54,604 nt of DNA, taken from Gemmatimonadales bacterium (GTDB taxonomy: Bacteria > Gemmatimonadota > Gemmatimonadetes > Gemmatimonadales > GWC2-71-9). A program made the translations under genes and the position numbers. Numbering within the stretch: the first letter of the stretch is position 1; every line of letters begins with the position of its first letter. Below, piece by piece: positions 21,038-29,230 of the stretch. The stretch is from assembly GCA_036259315.1 (NCBI GenBank), contig DATABZ010000309.1:1-54604 (forward strand), read 5' to 3'. A model generated the notes under the pieces. It searched no databases and was not told the origin of the DNA. It saw nothing but the letters and a program-made list of their open reading frames with translations.

Positions 21038-21726
21038 GAGACCTCGGTCTCCTGCGCCTCGTCCACGGCGGTGTCGTAGACCACCGATCCGTCGCGCAGC
21101 TCGATCGTCCGGTAGGGCACCTGCCGGACGAGGTCGAGGTCGTGGGTCGCCATGACGACCACCGTTCCGCCGTTGTTGATGTCCCGCAGGAGCTGGAACA
21201 CCCCGCGCGTCGCGCGCTCGTCCAGGTTTCCGGTGGGCTCGTCGGCCACCAGGATCGCCGGGTCGTTCACCAGCGCGCGCGCGATCGCCACGCGCTGCTG
21301 CTCGCCGCCCGACAGCTCCCGGGGGTAGGCCCGACTCCTGGCCGCGAGGCCCACCTGGGTCAGCACCCGGGTCACCCGCGCGGCGATCGTGTCGCGCCGG
21401 GCGCCGATGACCTCCAGCGCGAAGGCGATGTTCTCCGCCGCCGTGCGGTCCTCCAGCAGACGAAAGTCCTGGAACACGATGCCGAGCCGCCGCCGCAGCT
21501 TGGGCACCTCGTCCTGGCGGAGCGCGCTCACGTTGTACCCGGAGACCCGCACCTCGCCCGAGGTGGGCTGCTGCTCCGCGTAGAGCATCTTCATGATGGT
21601 GGACTTGCCCGCGCCGGAGTGCCCGGTGAGAAAGACGAACTCTCCCTTGCCGACCCGGAAGGAGACGTCCTTGAGGGCGAGGGCACCATTGGGATACGAC
21701 TTGTAGACGTGGGAGAAGCGGATCAC
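21034..21726 (-). CDS. ftsE: Cell-division ATP-binding protein FtsE
   Basis: 230 aa. Walker A GHSGAGKST, signature LSGGEQQR, Walker B ILVADEPTGNLD. Confidence 0.95.
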   Translation of the reverse strand: MIRFSHVYKSYPNGALALKDVSFRVGKGEFVFLTGHSGAGKSTIMKMLYAEQQPTSGEVRVSGYNVSALRQDEVPKLRRRLGIVFQDFRLLEDRTAAENIAFALEVIGARRDTIAARVTRVLTQVGLAARSRAYPRELSGGEQQRVAIARALVNDPAILVADEPTGNLDERATRGVFQLLRDINNGGTVVVMATHDLDLVRQVPYRTIELRDGSVVYDTAVDEAQETEVS

Positions 21727-21732
21727 GACCGC

Positions 21733-21776
21733 AAAGCTAAAAGGGAAGCGGGGGAAGCGAAACGTAACTTCCCCCG
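21733..21776 (-). terminator. Intrinsic terminator ending the lepA-to-cystathionine-synthase gene chain
   Basis: 9-bp stem CGGGGGAAG/CTTCCCCCG (21749-21757/21768-21776) with a 10-nt loop. On the minus strand it is followed by CTTCCCTTTTAGCTTT. Confidence 0.6.
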
Positions 21777-21795
21777 TGCCGGCGTGGGAGCCGCA

Positions 21796-22956
21796 TCATC
21801 CCTCTCTGCCTAGCGCCTGCTTCAGGTCCTCGATGATGTCCTCCCCGTCCTCCAGGCCGCAGCTGAGCCGCAGGAACCCGTCGGGGATGCCGATCGCGGC
21901 GCGGTCCTCGGCGGTGAGATCCCGGTGCGAGGTGAGCCGGGGCTCGGAGACGAGGCTCACGACCCCCGCGAGGCTGGGGGCATGGGTGATCAGCTTGAGC
22001 CGCTTGAGCATCCGCTCGGCGGCGCGGGCGCCGCCCTTGAGCTCGAGTCCCACCATGCCGCCGAAGCCGGCCAGCGCGCGACGGGCGTGCGCGTGATCCG
22101 GATGCGAGGGGAGACCGGGATAGTGCACCCGCACGACGGACGCGTGCTTCACGGCCCACTGGGCCACCGCGAGGCCGTTGGCGTTGTGCCGCTCCATGCG
22201 GACGGCCAGCGTGCGGAGCCCGCGGTCCACCAGCCACGCCGTATGGGCGTCGATCGCCTGTCCCCAGAGGCGGAGCAGCCGGGTCACCTCCTCGATCACC
22301 GAGGCGGAGCCGGCCACCGCGCCGGCCACGAGGTCGCCGTGGCCGTTGAGATACTTGGTGGCGCTGGTGATCACGACGTCGGCTCCGTGCTCCAGGGGCC
22401 GAAAGTTGATCGGGCTGGCGAAGGTGGCGTCCACCAGCAGCGCGAGCCCGAACTCCCGCGCCACCTGCGCCAGCGGCGCCAGGTCGAGCACCCGCATCGT
22501 GGGGTTGGTCGGCGTTTCGGCGAAGATGGCTCGGGTGTTCTTCCGGACCGAGCGCCGCCACAGCCGGGGCTGGGCCGGGTCGACGAAGGTCACGTCGATG
22601 CCAAGCCGCACCAGCTCTTCCGCGAAGAGCCGCCGGGTGCCCCCGTAGATCCAGCTGCTGCTGACCAGGTGGTCGCCGGGGCGGAGCACCGCGAGGTGGG
22701 CGAGGGCCGTGGCCCCCATGCCGCTGGCGACGAAGATCGCCTCCTCGGCGCCCTCGAGCAGGGCGTACTTGCGCGCGAGGTCCACCTGCGTGGGCGTGTT
22801 GCCGTAGCGGGTGTACAGCACCTCGTCCTGCGACCCGACCGGATTGGTGAACGTGCTGCTCTGGACCACCGACGGCGCGACGGGCGACCAGTCCGGGCGG
22901 CGGCGCGGCAGCCCATGGATGGCCAGCGTCGAGAGGCCGGGACGGCGTGCGCTCAT
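21796..22956 (-). CDS. PLP-dependent Cys/Met-metabolism enzyme (cystathionine gamma-synthase/beta-lyase family)
   Basis: Internal ATG at 22956 overlaps the upstream stop (ATGA). PLP-lysine region SATKYLNGHGD. LSCGLED near the C-terminus is typical of the trans-sulfuration family. Confidence 0.9.
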   Translation of the reverse strand: MSARRPGLSTLAIHGLPRRRPDWSPVAPSVVQSSTFTNPVGSQDEVLYTRYGNTPTQVDLARKYALLEGAEEAIFVASGMGATALAHLAVLRPGDHLVSSSWIYGGTRRLFAEELVRLGIDVTFVDPAQPRLWRRSVRKNTRAIFAETPTNPTMRVLDLAPLAQVAREFGLALLVDATFASPINFRPLEHGADVVITSATKYLNGHGDLVAGAVAGSASVIEEVTRLLRLWGQAIDAHTAWLVDRGLRTLAVRMERHNANGLAVAQWAVKHASVVRVHYPGLPSHPDHAHARRALAGFGGMVGLELKGGARAAERMLKRLKLITHAPSLAGVVSLVSEPRLTSHRDLTAEDRAAIGIPDGFLRLSCGLEDGEDIIEDLKQALGREG

Positions 22957-23492
22957 GCGACGAGCAGGGGGTACCGCAGATCGCCGTCGGGACGGACCAA
23001 TCGGTGCAGCGTCAGGCTCTCGAGCGCCTCGGTGGCGCGCGACTCCGGCCAGCCGAGCGCCCCCGCGAGGTCGGCGGCGCAGGCGCGGCCCAAGCGGCAC
23101 ACGCAGGTGAAGGCCGAGCGCGCGTCGGGAGTCACCCAGCCGAGCAACACGGGCTCGCCGTCGGAAAGAACGGCGGCGACCGCCAGCCGGTGGTGGGTGA
23201 GCACCTGCTCGATCGCGTCGTGCTGATCGTCGCGGAGGCCGCGGAGCACCACGAAGCGCGATCGACCGGTGGCCTGCGCCAGGAGCAGCTTGGCGACGAT
23301 CTCCTCGGCGCAGCTGAAGTCGAGCAGCTCGATGTCGGAGAAATCCAGGAGAGCGGTGAGGCAGTCGGAGCGGGAGAGCGTGTCCTCGATGCGGTTGCGG
23401 ACCGCGGCGCCGGTCGGCCGGGTGACGAGGTGGCGGTAGGGCGAGGTGGCCGTCTCGCGGAGCAGGTGACCGATCCGGATCGTCTCGATCAT
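22953..23492 (-). CDS. DUF4325/STAS-like domain protein with a C-terminal winged-helix-like region
   Basis: 179 aa from MIETIRIG, with GGAGG 9 nt upstream. LVTRPTGAAVRNRIEDTL...LLDFSDIELLDFSCAEEIVAKLL matches the DUF4325 pattern. The C-terminal segment ACAADLAGALGWPESRATEALESLTLHRLV looks like an HTH. The rest of the 494-aa track ORF is out-of-frame overlap with the upstream gene. Confidence 0.7.
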   Translation of the reverse strand: MIETIRIGHLLRETATSPYRHLVTRPTGAAVRNRIEDTLSRSDCLTALLDFSDIELLDFSCAEEIVAKLLLAQATGRSRFVVLRGLRDDQHDAIEQVLTHHRLAVAAVLSDGEPVLLGWVTPDARSAFTCVCRLGRACAADLAGALGWPESRATEALESLTLHRLVRPDGDLRYPLLVA

Positions 23493-24391
23493 CTGCTCTC
23501 GACCTCCTGCGCGGGGATCGTGATCTGCACCTGGGCTCCGGGAAAGAAGGGCAGGTGATCGGCGAGCGGAACGTCGTCGTCCCAGGCCGGCACGATCGAC
23601 AGCCGCGCGGTGCCGCTCCGGATCGAGATCTTGCCCTTCCAGCGGTCGAGGAAGCCCTTGATGCCGGCCAGCCCCTGACCGCGACCCGGATCGCGGAAGC
23701 GGCTCACGCCCTGAATCAGCGCGGCCTCGAGGGCGGCGCCGTCGCTCCAGCGCTCGCCGAACCGCTTGGCGTGCGTGCTCTCCAGCGACCGCCGGAACCC
23801 GATGCCCGCGTCGCTCACGGCGATCACCGCGACCCTTCGGCCCAGCCGCCGGCGGAAGGTGTAGACCTGCACCGCCACCCAGCCGCTGGTGCCGGCGTGC
23901 TCCACAATATTCTGGCACGATTCCGAAAGCGCCATACTGAACCGCATGGTCGCGTTGCGCTCGAGTCCCAGCTCCCCGTGGAGGATCCGCGCGGCGGTCT
24001 CGCTGATCTTCTCGACCACCTGATGCACGTCCTCCATCCCGCGCACCGGAGTGACGTCGAGCAGCACGTCGCTCGGGCCGGTGGTCGCGGCCTTCGGCAC
24101 CCTGCCGTGGAGCTCGAACAACTCCGCCGCGTAGCGGAAGAAGCCGACCCGGGCCCAGTAGCGCTTCACGTCGTCGGTGGTCGGTACGGTGAGGAGCGGC
24201 CGCTCGCCCTTCGCTTCGGCGACGGCCTGTCCCGCGGTGAGCAGGGCGATCAGCCCGTAGGGCGACGCCCACTGCGCGGCCCGCGCGTCCACCAGCAGCT
24301 TCTCCTCGGGCGGCCAGGGCCCCAAATCGCCGGCGAACTGGTCGAAGCTCCGGTCGTCGAAGTGCGCGGGGACCTCGATCACCCGGGTCAT
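23489..24391 (-). CDS. GHKL-superfamily ATPase (RsbW/SpoIIAB-like) with an STAS-like N-terminal region
   Basis: 300 aa. N-box ESCQNIVEHA, G1 VSDAGIGF, G2 GRGQGLAGIK. The N-terminal ~110 aa contain LLVDARAAQWASPYGLIALL, reminiscent of STAS anti-sigma antagonists. Confidence 0.75.
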   Translation of the reverse strand: MTRVIEVPAHFDDRSFDQFAGDLGPWPPEEKLLVDARAAQWASPYGLIALLTAGQAVAEAKGERPLLTVPTTDDVKRYWARVGFFRYAAELFELHGRVPKAATTGPSDVLLDVTPVRGMEDVHQVVEKISETAARILHGELGLERNATMRFSMALSESCQNIVEHAGTSGWVAVQVYTFRRRLGRRVAVIAVSDAGIGFRRSLESTHAKRFGERWSDGAALEAALIQGVSRFRDPGRGQGLAGIKGFLDRWKGKISIRSGTARLSIVPAWDDDVPLADHLPFFPGAQVQITIPAQEVESR

Positions 24392-25419
24392 GGCAGCACC
24401 AGCTCCCCGCGCAGGTGGCGCGAGAGCCCGCCCGCACCGCGAAACGCCGCGTTGCGCGCCGCCATCGTGTTGGCGTGCCGGATCACCGCCTCGACCGACT
24501 CACCCGCGAACAGTCGCGCCGCGGCGGCGGCCCCGAAGACGTCGCCGCAGCCGGTGGGATCGAGCGCGTCCACTGTCGGTGCCGGGATGAGTTCCGTGCG
24601 CAGAGGGGCGGACGGCACCGTCAACTCACCCGGCTTCCCTGCGGCGAGGCCGCCATCCGCTCGCGCTTGCGTTCCGTCGTCCGCCTGTCCGCCTGTCCGC
24701 CCGTCCGCCTGTCCGCCCCATCCGTCAAACCCCGGCGCGGCCACGTACACCGCCCCTTTGGCCGCGAGGGTCACGATCAGCAGCGACGTGCCGGCGCCGA
24801 TCGCTTCGGCAGCGAGGCTCAGGGGGTCGGGGGAGAGCTGGCGCATCTCGTCCTCGTTCAGCTGAATCACGTCGAAGCAGCCCAGCCACGCGGCGGCGTC
24901 CTGCAGGCGCCGGGGCACCCGCACCCCGTCGTGCTGCATGCCGAGGAGCAGGCTGTGGAGGTCCACGTAGATCGGCCCCTGAAAGCCCTGCCGCAGCGCC
25001 TGTGCCGTGCCCAGCGCGAGCTCGAAGCCGGAAATGAAGTTGAGATAGAGCGCGTCGAGGTCGCGCACCATCGGTCCCAGCTCGCTCCAGGTCCATCCAG
25101 GCACGCCGCCGGACATGCGCTCGGTGCGGCGCTCGGTGGAGTAGTAGTGCAGCACGACCCGGTTGTTGGGCGCGGGCACCTCGACGCACCGCCCGCCGGG
25201 CGTGAGGTGCTTCAGCCCCCCGAGAAACTCGCGTGCGCGGGGGGCCAGATCCTGCCCCACCTTGATCAGCGGCACGATCTCCCAGCCCGGCGCCACGCTG
25301 GCATCGAGGCTGGCGAGCGCGTAGGCGATGCCGCCCCACTCCTCCACCGGCTCGGCCAGTGGATCACGGCCGTAGATCTGGTCCCACACCAGGGAACCGA
25401 GGATGCCGACTCTAGGCAT
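24388..25419 (-). CDS. PfkB-family sugar/sugar-phosphate kinase with a low-complexity insertion
   Basis: Internal ATG at 25419 gives an 8-nt overlap with the ROK gene. C-terminal PfkB signature DPTGCGDVFGAAAAA. Has a ~40-aa Gly/Asp/Gln/Ala insert encoded partly by an 8-nt tandem repeat. Confidence 0.85.
   Translation of the reverse strand: MPRVGILGSLVWDQIYGRDPLAEPVEEWGGIAYALASLDASVAPGWEIVPLIKVGQDLAPRAREFLGGLKHLTPGGRCVEVPAPNNRVVLHYYSTERRTERMSGGVPGWTWSELGPMVRDLDALYLNFISGFELALGTAQALRQGFQGPIYVDLHSLLLGMQHDGVRVPRRLQDAAAWLGCFDVIQLNEDEMRQLSPDPLSLAAEAIGAGTSLLIVTLAAKGAVYVAAPGFDGWGGQADGRTGGQADDGTQARADGGLAAGKPGELTVPSAPLRTELIPAPTVDALDPTGCGDVFGAAAAARLFAGESVEAVIRHANTMAARNAAFRGAGGLSRHLRGELVLP
24679..24718. 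repeat. Tandem repeat, 5 copies of GTCCGCC(T/C), period 8, inside the PfkB CDS
   Basis: Read directly: gtccgcct gtccgcct gtccgccc gtccgcct gtccgccc, with a degenerate copy just upstream (24671-24678). Encodes GGQADGRTGGQAD on the minus strand. Confidence 0.9.
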
Positions 25420-26374
25420 CCAGGAACGTCTTGACCGCTCCGTACACGCCCGCGGTGCCCACCAGCTCACCGGGCACGATGCGGCAGGCGGAGACCGCGG
25501 GCTTGAACGCGCGGCGCGCCGTCTCCCGGCGCAGCGGGATGAAGAGGTGGTCCCCGGCGAGCGTGACCCCGCCGCAGATGACCACGACCTCGGGATTGTA
25601 CACGTTGAGCAGGTTGGCGACGCCGGCCGCGAGGAACTTGGCCGTGTCGTTCACCACCTCGAGGGCGAGCTCGTCGCCGTCGTGCGCCGCCTGGTACACC
25701 GTCTGGGCGGTGATCTGCGAGGTGTCGCCCCCGACGTAGCTCGGCAGGTTGGTCTCCGCGCCGGCCTCCAGCGCCTCGATCGCCCGGAGCGCGATGTTGG
25801 GGCCCGAGGCGTACGCCTCGAGGCAGCCGTAATTGCCGCACTTGCAGCGGCGGCCCTCGGTGTCGATCGTCGTGTGCCCGATCTCCCCGGCGACGTCCGA
25901 GGCGCCGTGGTAGAGCTTCCCGCCGAGAATGAGCCCGCCGCCGATACCGGTCCCGATGGTGATCCCGATGGCGTGGCGGCTTCCGCGGGCGGCGCCCACC
26001 CACCACTCGCCGAGCACGGCGCAGTTGGCGTCGTTGTCCAGCTCCGCGGGCAGGCCGAGGCGGTCGCGGATGATCTGGCGGAGCGGCAGGTCGACCCAGC
26101 CCAGGTTCGGCGTGAGCAGCACGACACCGCTCCTGGTGTCGAGCGGGCCGGGCGCACCGACGCCGACGCCGACGATCTCGGCGCCCGGCAGCTCCCGCCG
26201 GGTCTGCGCCAGGCTGCGCCGCGCCAGGGCGACGAGACGGTCCAGCACGTCGCTGGCTCCCGCCTCCGCCTGGGTCGGCTCGCTCGCGAGCGCGTGCAGC
26301 GCGCTGCCGTCCTCGGCCACGCACCCCACCACCAGATTGGTCCCGCCGATGTCAATGCCGAGGACGTATCGCAC
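25412..26374 (-). CDS. ROK-family glucokinase
   Basis: 320 aa with a GTG start. ATP motif LGIDIGGTN and ROK zinc motif CKCGNYGCLEAY. Confidence 0.92.
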   Translation of the reverse strand: MRYVLGIDIGGTNLVVGCVAEDGSALHALASEPTQAEAGASDVLDRLVALARRSLAQTRRELPGAEIVGVGVGAPGPLDTRSGVVLLTPNLGWVDLPLRQIIRDRLGLPAELDNDANCAVLGEWWVGAARGSRHAIGITIGTGIGGGLILGGKLYHGASDVAGEIGHTTIDTEGRRCKCGNYGCLEAYASGPNIALRAIEALEAGAETNLPSYVGGDTSQITAQTVYQAAHDGDELALEVVNDTAKFLAAGVANLLNVYNPEVVVICGGVTLAGDHLFIPLRRETARRAFKPAVSACRIVPGELVGTAGVYGAVKTFLDA

Positions 26375-27383
26375 GGCCTTCCTCCGCTTCCGCTACCATG
26401 ACCACGGCCTCCGCCACGGTCTCCGTCCGGAGCTCACGCATACATCGATGATGACCCAGGGGACAGACCGCCGGCCCGTGCGCGGAGCAGGGCCGGCACT
26501 GCAGACCGGCGTGCCCCAGGGCGAGGCTCCGGTCGCCCCGGGGCCCGAAGCCCTGCTCGGGCACCGTCGGCCCGAAGAGCGCGACCGCCGGAGTGCCGAC
26601 CGCGGTGGCCAGGTGCAGGGGGGCCGAGTCGTTGGTGACCAGCACTCGCGCGCGCCGAATCACCGCCGCCGACTCGCGCAGGCTCAGCTCGCCCGCGGCG
26701 CTCCAGGCCCGACCGGGCGCGGCCGCCGCGACCTCGCCGGCCAGCTCCGCGTCCTCCTCGCCTCCCACCACCACCAGCGGCCCCTCGAGCGACGCCGCCA
26801 GCGCCGGGTAGTAGGGCCAGCGCTTGGTGCCCCAGATCGAGCCGGGTGCGATCGCGGTGAACCCCGGCGGGACCCCGCGCTCGGCGAGCCAGCGCTCCGC
26901 CGCCGCCTCGTCTTCGGCACCGAGCGCGAGCGAGACCGCGGGCACGCCGGGTCGCCCGTCGCCGGCCAGCGCGAGGAGCCGCTCGACCTCGTGACCGGCG
27001 GGGGACCGCACCACGCGGGTGGTATAAGTAATCGCGGCCGGACTGTCCGCGAAGCCCGTGCGCTCCGGCACTCGCGCCAGCAGCGCCAGCAGCGCCGATC
27101 GCCAGGAGCGGTGGGGCAGGTAGGCCCTCGCATAGCCCCGGCGCCGCAGCTCGGTAGCCAGGCGTCGAAACCCGGCCAGCCCGGCGTCCCGTCCCTTCTT
27201 GTCGTAGCGGATGACGTCGCGCACCGACGGGTGCCCCTCGAGCAGCGTCGCCGCGTCCGGGGTGACCACGACGTCCACTGGTCCGTGCCGCCCGGCCAGC
27301 GCGGTGAGCAGGGGCGTGGTCAGGATGACGTCGCCGAGGAAGGCCGTCTGGATGACGAGGGTGGCGGACGGGCGCTCCGTCAT
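26352..27383 (-). CDS. Glycosyltransferase family 9 (LPS heptosyltransferase-like)
   Basis: Internal ATG at 27383 with AGGTGG Shine-Dalgarno sequence. TAFLGDVILTTP near the N-terminus and VTNDSAPLHLATAVGTP near the C-terminus are typical of GT9. Confidence 0.88.
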   Translation of the reverse strand: MTERPSATLVIQTAFLGDVILTTPLLTALAGRHGPVDVVVTPDAATLLEGHPSVRDVIRYDKKGRDAGLAGFRRLATELRRRGYARAYLPHRSWRSALLALLARVPERTGFADSPAAITYTTRVVRSPAGHEVERLLALAGDGRPGVPAVSLALGAEDEAAAERWLAERGVPPGFTAIAPGSIWGTKRWPYYPALAASLEGPLVVVGGEEDAELAGEVAAAAPGRAWSAAGELSLRESAAVIRRARVLVTNDSAPLHLATAVGTPAVALFGPTVPEQGFGPRGDRSLALGHAGLQCRPCSAHGPAVCPLGHHRCMRELRTETVAEAVVMVAEAEEGRAIRPRH

Positions 27384-27421
27384 TCCACCTGCAGCACCGC
27401 CAGGAACGCCTCCTGCGGGAT

Positions 27422-29179
27422 CTACACGGCCCCGATCTGCTTCATGCGCTTCTTGCCCTCCTTCTGCTTCTCGAGGAGCTTGCGCTTCCGCGTGATGTCG
27501 CCGCCGTAGCACTTCGCGAGCACGTCCTTGCGGAAGGCGGAGATCGTCTCCCGGGCGATGATCTTGTTGCCGATCGCCGCCTGGATGGCCACCTGATAGA
27601 GCTGCCGGGGAATGAGCTCCTTCAGCTTCTCGGCGACCTTGCGGCCGTACTCCTGGGCCTTGTCGCGGTGAATGATGACGCTGAAGGCGTCGATCGGATC
27701 GCCGTTGATGAGCATGTCGAGCTTCACCAGATCCGACTCGCGGTAGCCCGCCATCTCGTAATCGAGCGAGGCGTAGCCCCGGCTCAGCGACTTGAGCTTG
27801 TCGTAGAAGTCGAGGACGATCTCGCCCAGCGGGAAGTCGAAGTGGAACTCGACCCTCGTGGTATCGATGTAGTGCATCCCGTGGTACACCCCCCGCCGCT
27901 CCTGACCCAGCTTCATGATGCCGCCGATGTAATCGACGGGCGCCATGATGCGGGCCTTCACGTACGGCTCCTCGATCCGGTCGATGGAGGCGGGGTCGGG
28001 GAGCTTGCTGGGGTTTTCCAGCAGCAGCATCTCGCCGTCGGTGCCGTACACGTGGTACTCCACCGTCGGCACCGTGCTGATGAGGTCGAGGTTGAACTCG
28101 CGCTCGAGGCGCTCCTGCACGATGTCCATGTGCAGCAGCCCGAGGAAGCCGCAGCGGAAGCCGAAGCCGAGGGCGGTGGACGATTCGGGCTCGTACTGGA
28201 GGCTGGCGTCGTTGAGCCGGAGTTTCTCCAGGGCGTCGCGCAGACCCTCGTACTGATCCGAGTCCGTCGGGTAGAGACCCGCGAACACCATGGATTTCAC
28301 TTCCCGGTACCCGGGGAGCAGCTCCGCCGCCCGGTCGTTCGCGTCGAGAATGGTGTCGCCCACCCGCGCGTCCCGCACGTCGCGGAGGCTCGCCACCAGG
28401 TAGCCCACCTCGCCCGCCGCGAGCTGCGGCGCCGGATGCTGGCCCAACTGGAGGTAGCCCACCTCGTCCACGTGGTACACCTCGTCGGGGTGGGCACCGA
28501 ACGCGATCTCCATGCCGTCCCGCAGCACGCCGTCCACCACCCGGACGCTGGGGATCGCCCCGCGGTAGCGGTCGTAGTAGGAGTCGAAGATGAGGGCGCG
28601 GAGCGGCGCATCCTCACTCCCGCGCGGCGGCGGCACCCGCGCGACGACCGCCTCGAGCAGTTCGGGGACCCCGGTCCCCTCCTTGGCGGAGACGGCGAGG
28701 ATCTCCTCGCGTTTCGCGCCGATGAGGTCCATGATCTCCTGCGCCCGGCGGTCCGGCTCCGCGCCGGGCAGGTCGATCTTGTTGAGCACCGGGATGATCT
28801 CGAGCCCGGCGTCCATCGCGAGGAAGAGGTTGCTGAGCGTCTGGGCCTGCACTCCCTGCGAGGCGTCCACCACGAGAATCGCCCCCTCGCAGGCCGCGAG
28901 GGAGCGGGAGACCTCGTAGGTGAAGTCCACGTGGCCCGGGGTGTCGATCAGGTTGAGCTCGTACTCGATCCCGTCGCGGGCGGTGTAGCTCATCCGGACG
29001 GCATTGAGCTTGATGGTGATGCCGCGCTCGCGCTCGAGGTCCATGGTGTCGAGGAGCTGCTCCCGCATCTGGCGCTTCTCCACCGCGCCGGTCGCCTCGA
29101 TGAGACGGTCGGCCAGGGTGGACTTGCCGTGATCGATGTGGGCCACGATGCAGAAGTTGCGAATACGGGACTGAGACAT
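27422..29179 (-). CDS. lepA: Elongation factor 4 (LepA); ORF ends at an in-frame TAG 14 codons before the conserved C-terminus
   Basis: 585 aa. G1 [21 protein letters not shown]. After the TAG (27422-27424) the same frame reads IPQEAFLAVLQVE then TGA at 27380-27382, reproducing the conserved LepA tail. Confidence 0.95.
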   Translation of the reverse strand: MSQSRIRNFCIVAHIDHGKSTLADRLIEATGAVEKRQMREQLLDTMDLERERGITIKLNAVRMSYTARDGIEYELNLIDTPGHVDFTYEVSRSLAACEGAILVVDASQGVQAQTLSNLFLAMDAGLEIIPVLNKIDLPGAEPDRRAQEIMDLIGAKREEILAVSAKEGTGVPELLEAVVARVPPPRGSEDAPLRALIFDSYYDRYRGAIPSVRVVDGVLRDGMEIAFGAHPDEVYHVDEVGYLQLGQHPAPQLAAGEVGYLVASLRDVRDARVGDTILDANDRAAELLPGYREVKSMVFAGLYPTDSDQYEGLRDALEKLRLNDASLQYEPESSTALGFGFRCGFLGLLHMDIVQERLEREFNLDLISTVPTVEYHVYGTDGEMLLLENPSKLPDPASIDRIEEPYVKARIMAPVDYIGGIMKLGQERRGVYHGMHYIDTTRVEFHFDFPLGEIVLDFYDKLKSLSRGYASLDYEMAGYRESDLVKLDMLINGDPIDAFSVIIHRDKAQEYGRKVAEKLKELIPRQLYQVAIQAAIGNKIIARETISAFRKDVLAKCYGGDITRKRKLLEKQKEGKKRMKQIGAV

Positions 29180-29230
29180 GCGGGGAAGATAGCGCCGCCG
29201 GAGGGCTTGTGGCGGCGGTTACTGTTCGAC

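Noticed and set aside
27422-27424. Genetic-code reassignment or pyrrolysine at the lepA TAG.
   Set aside because: TAG terminates several well-supported genes in this window (ABC exporter, PP2C, GNAT, ROK kinase, EamA) at positions consistent with family lengths. No pyl genes are visible here.
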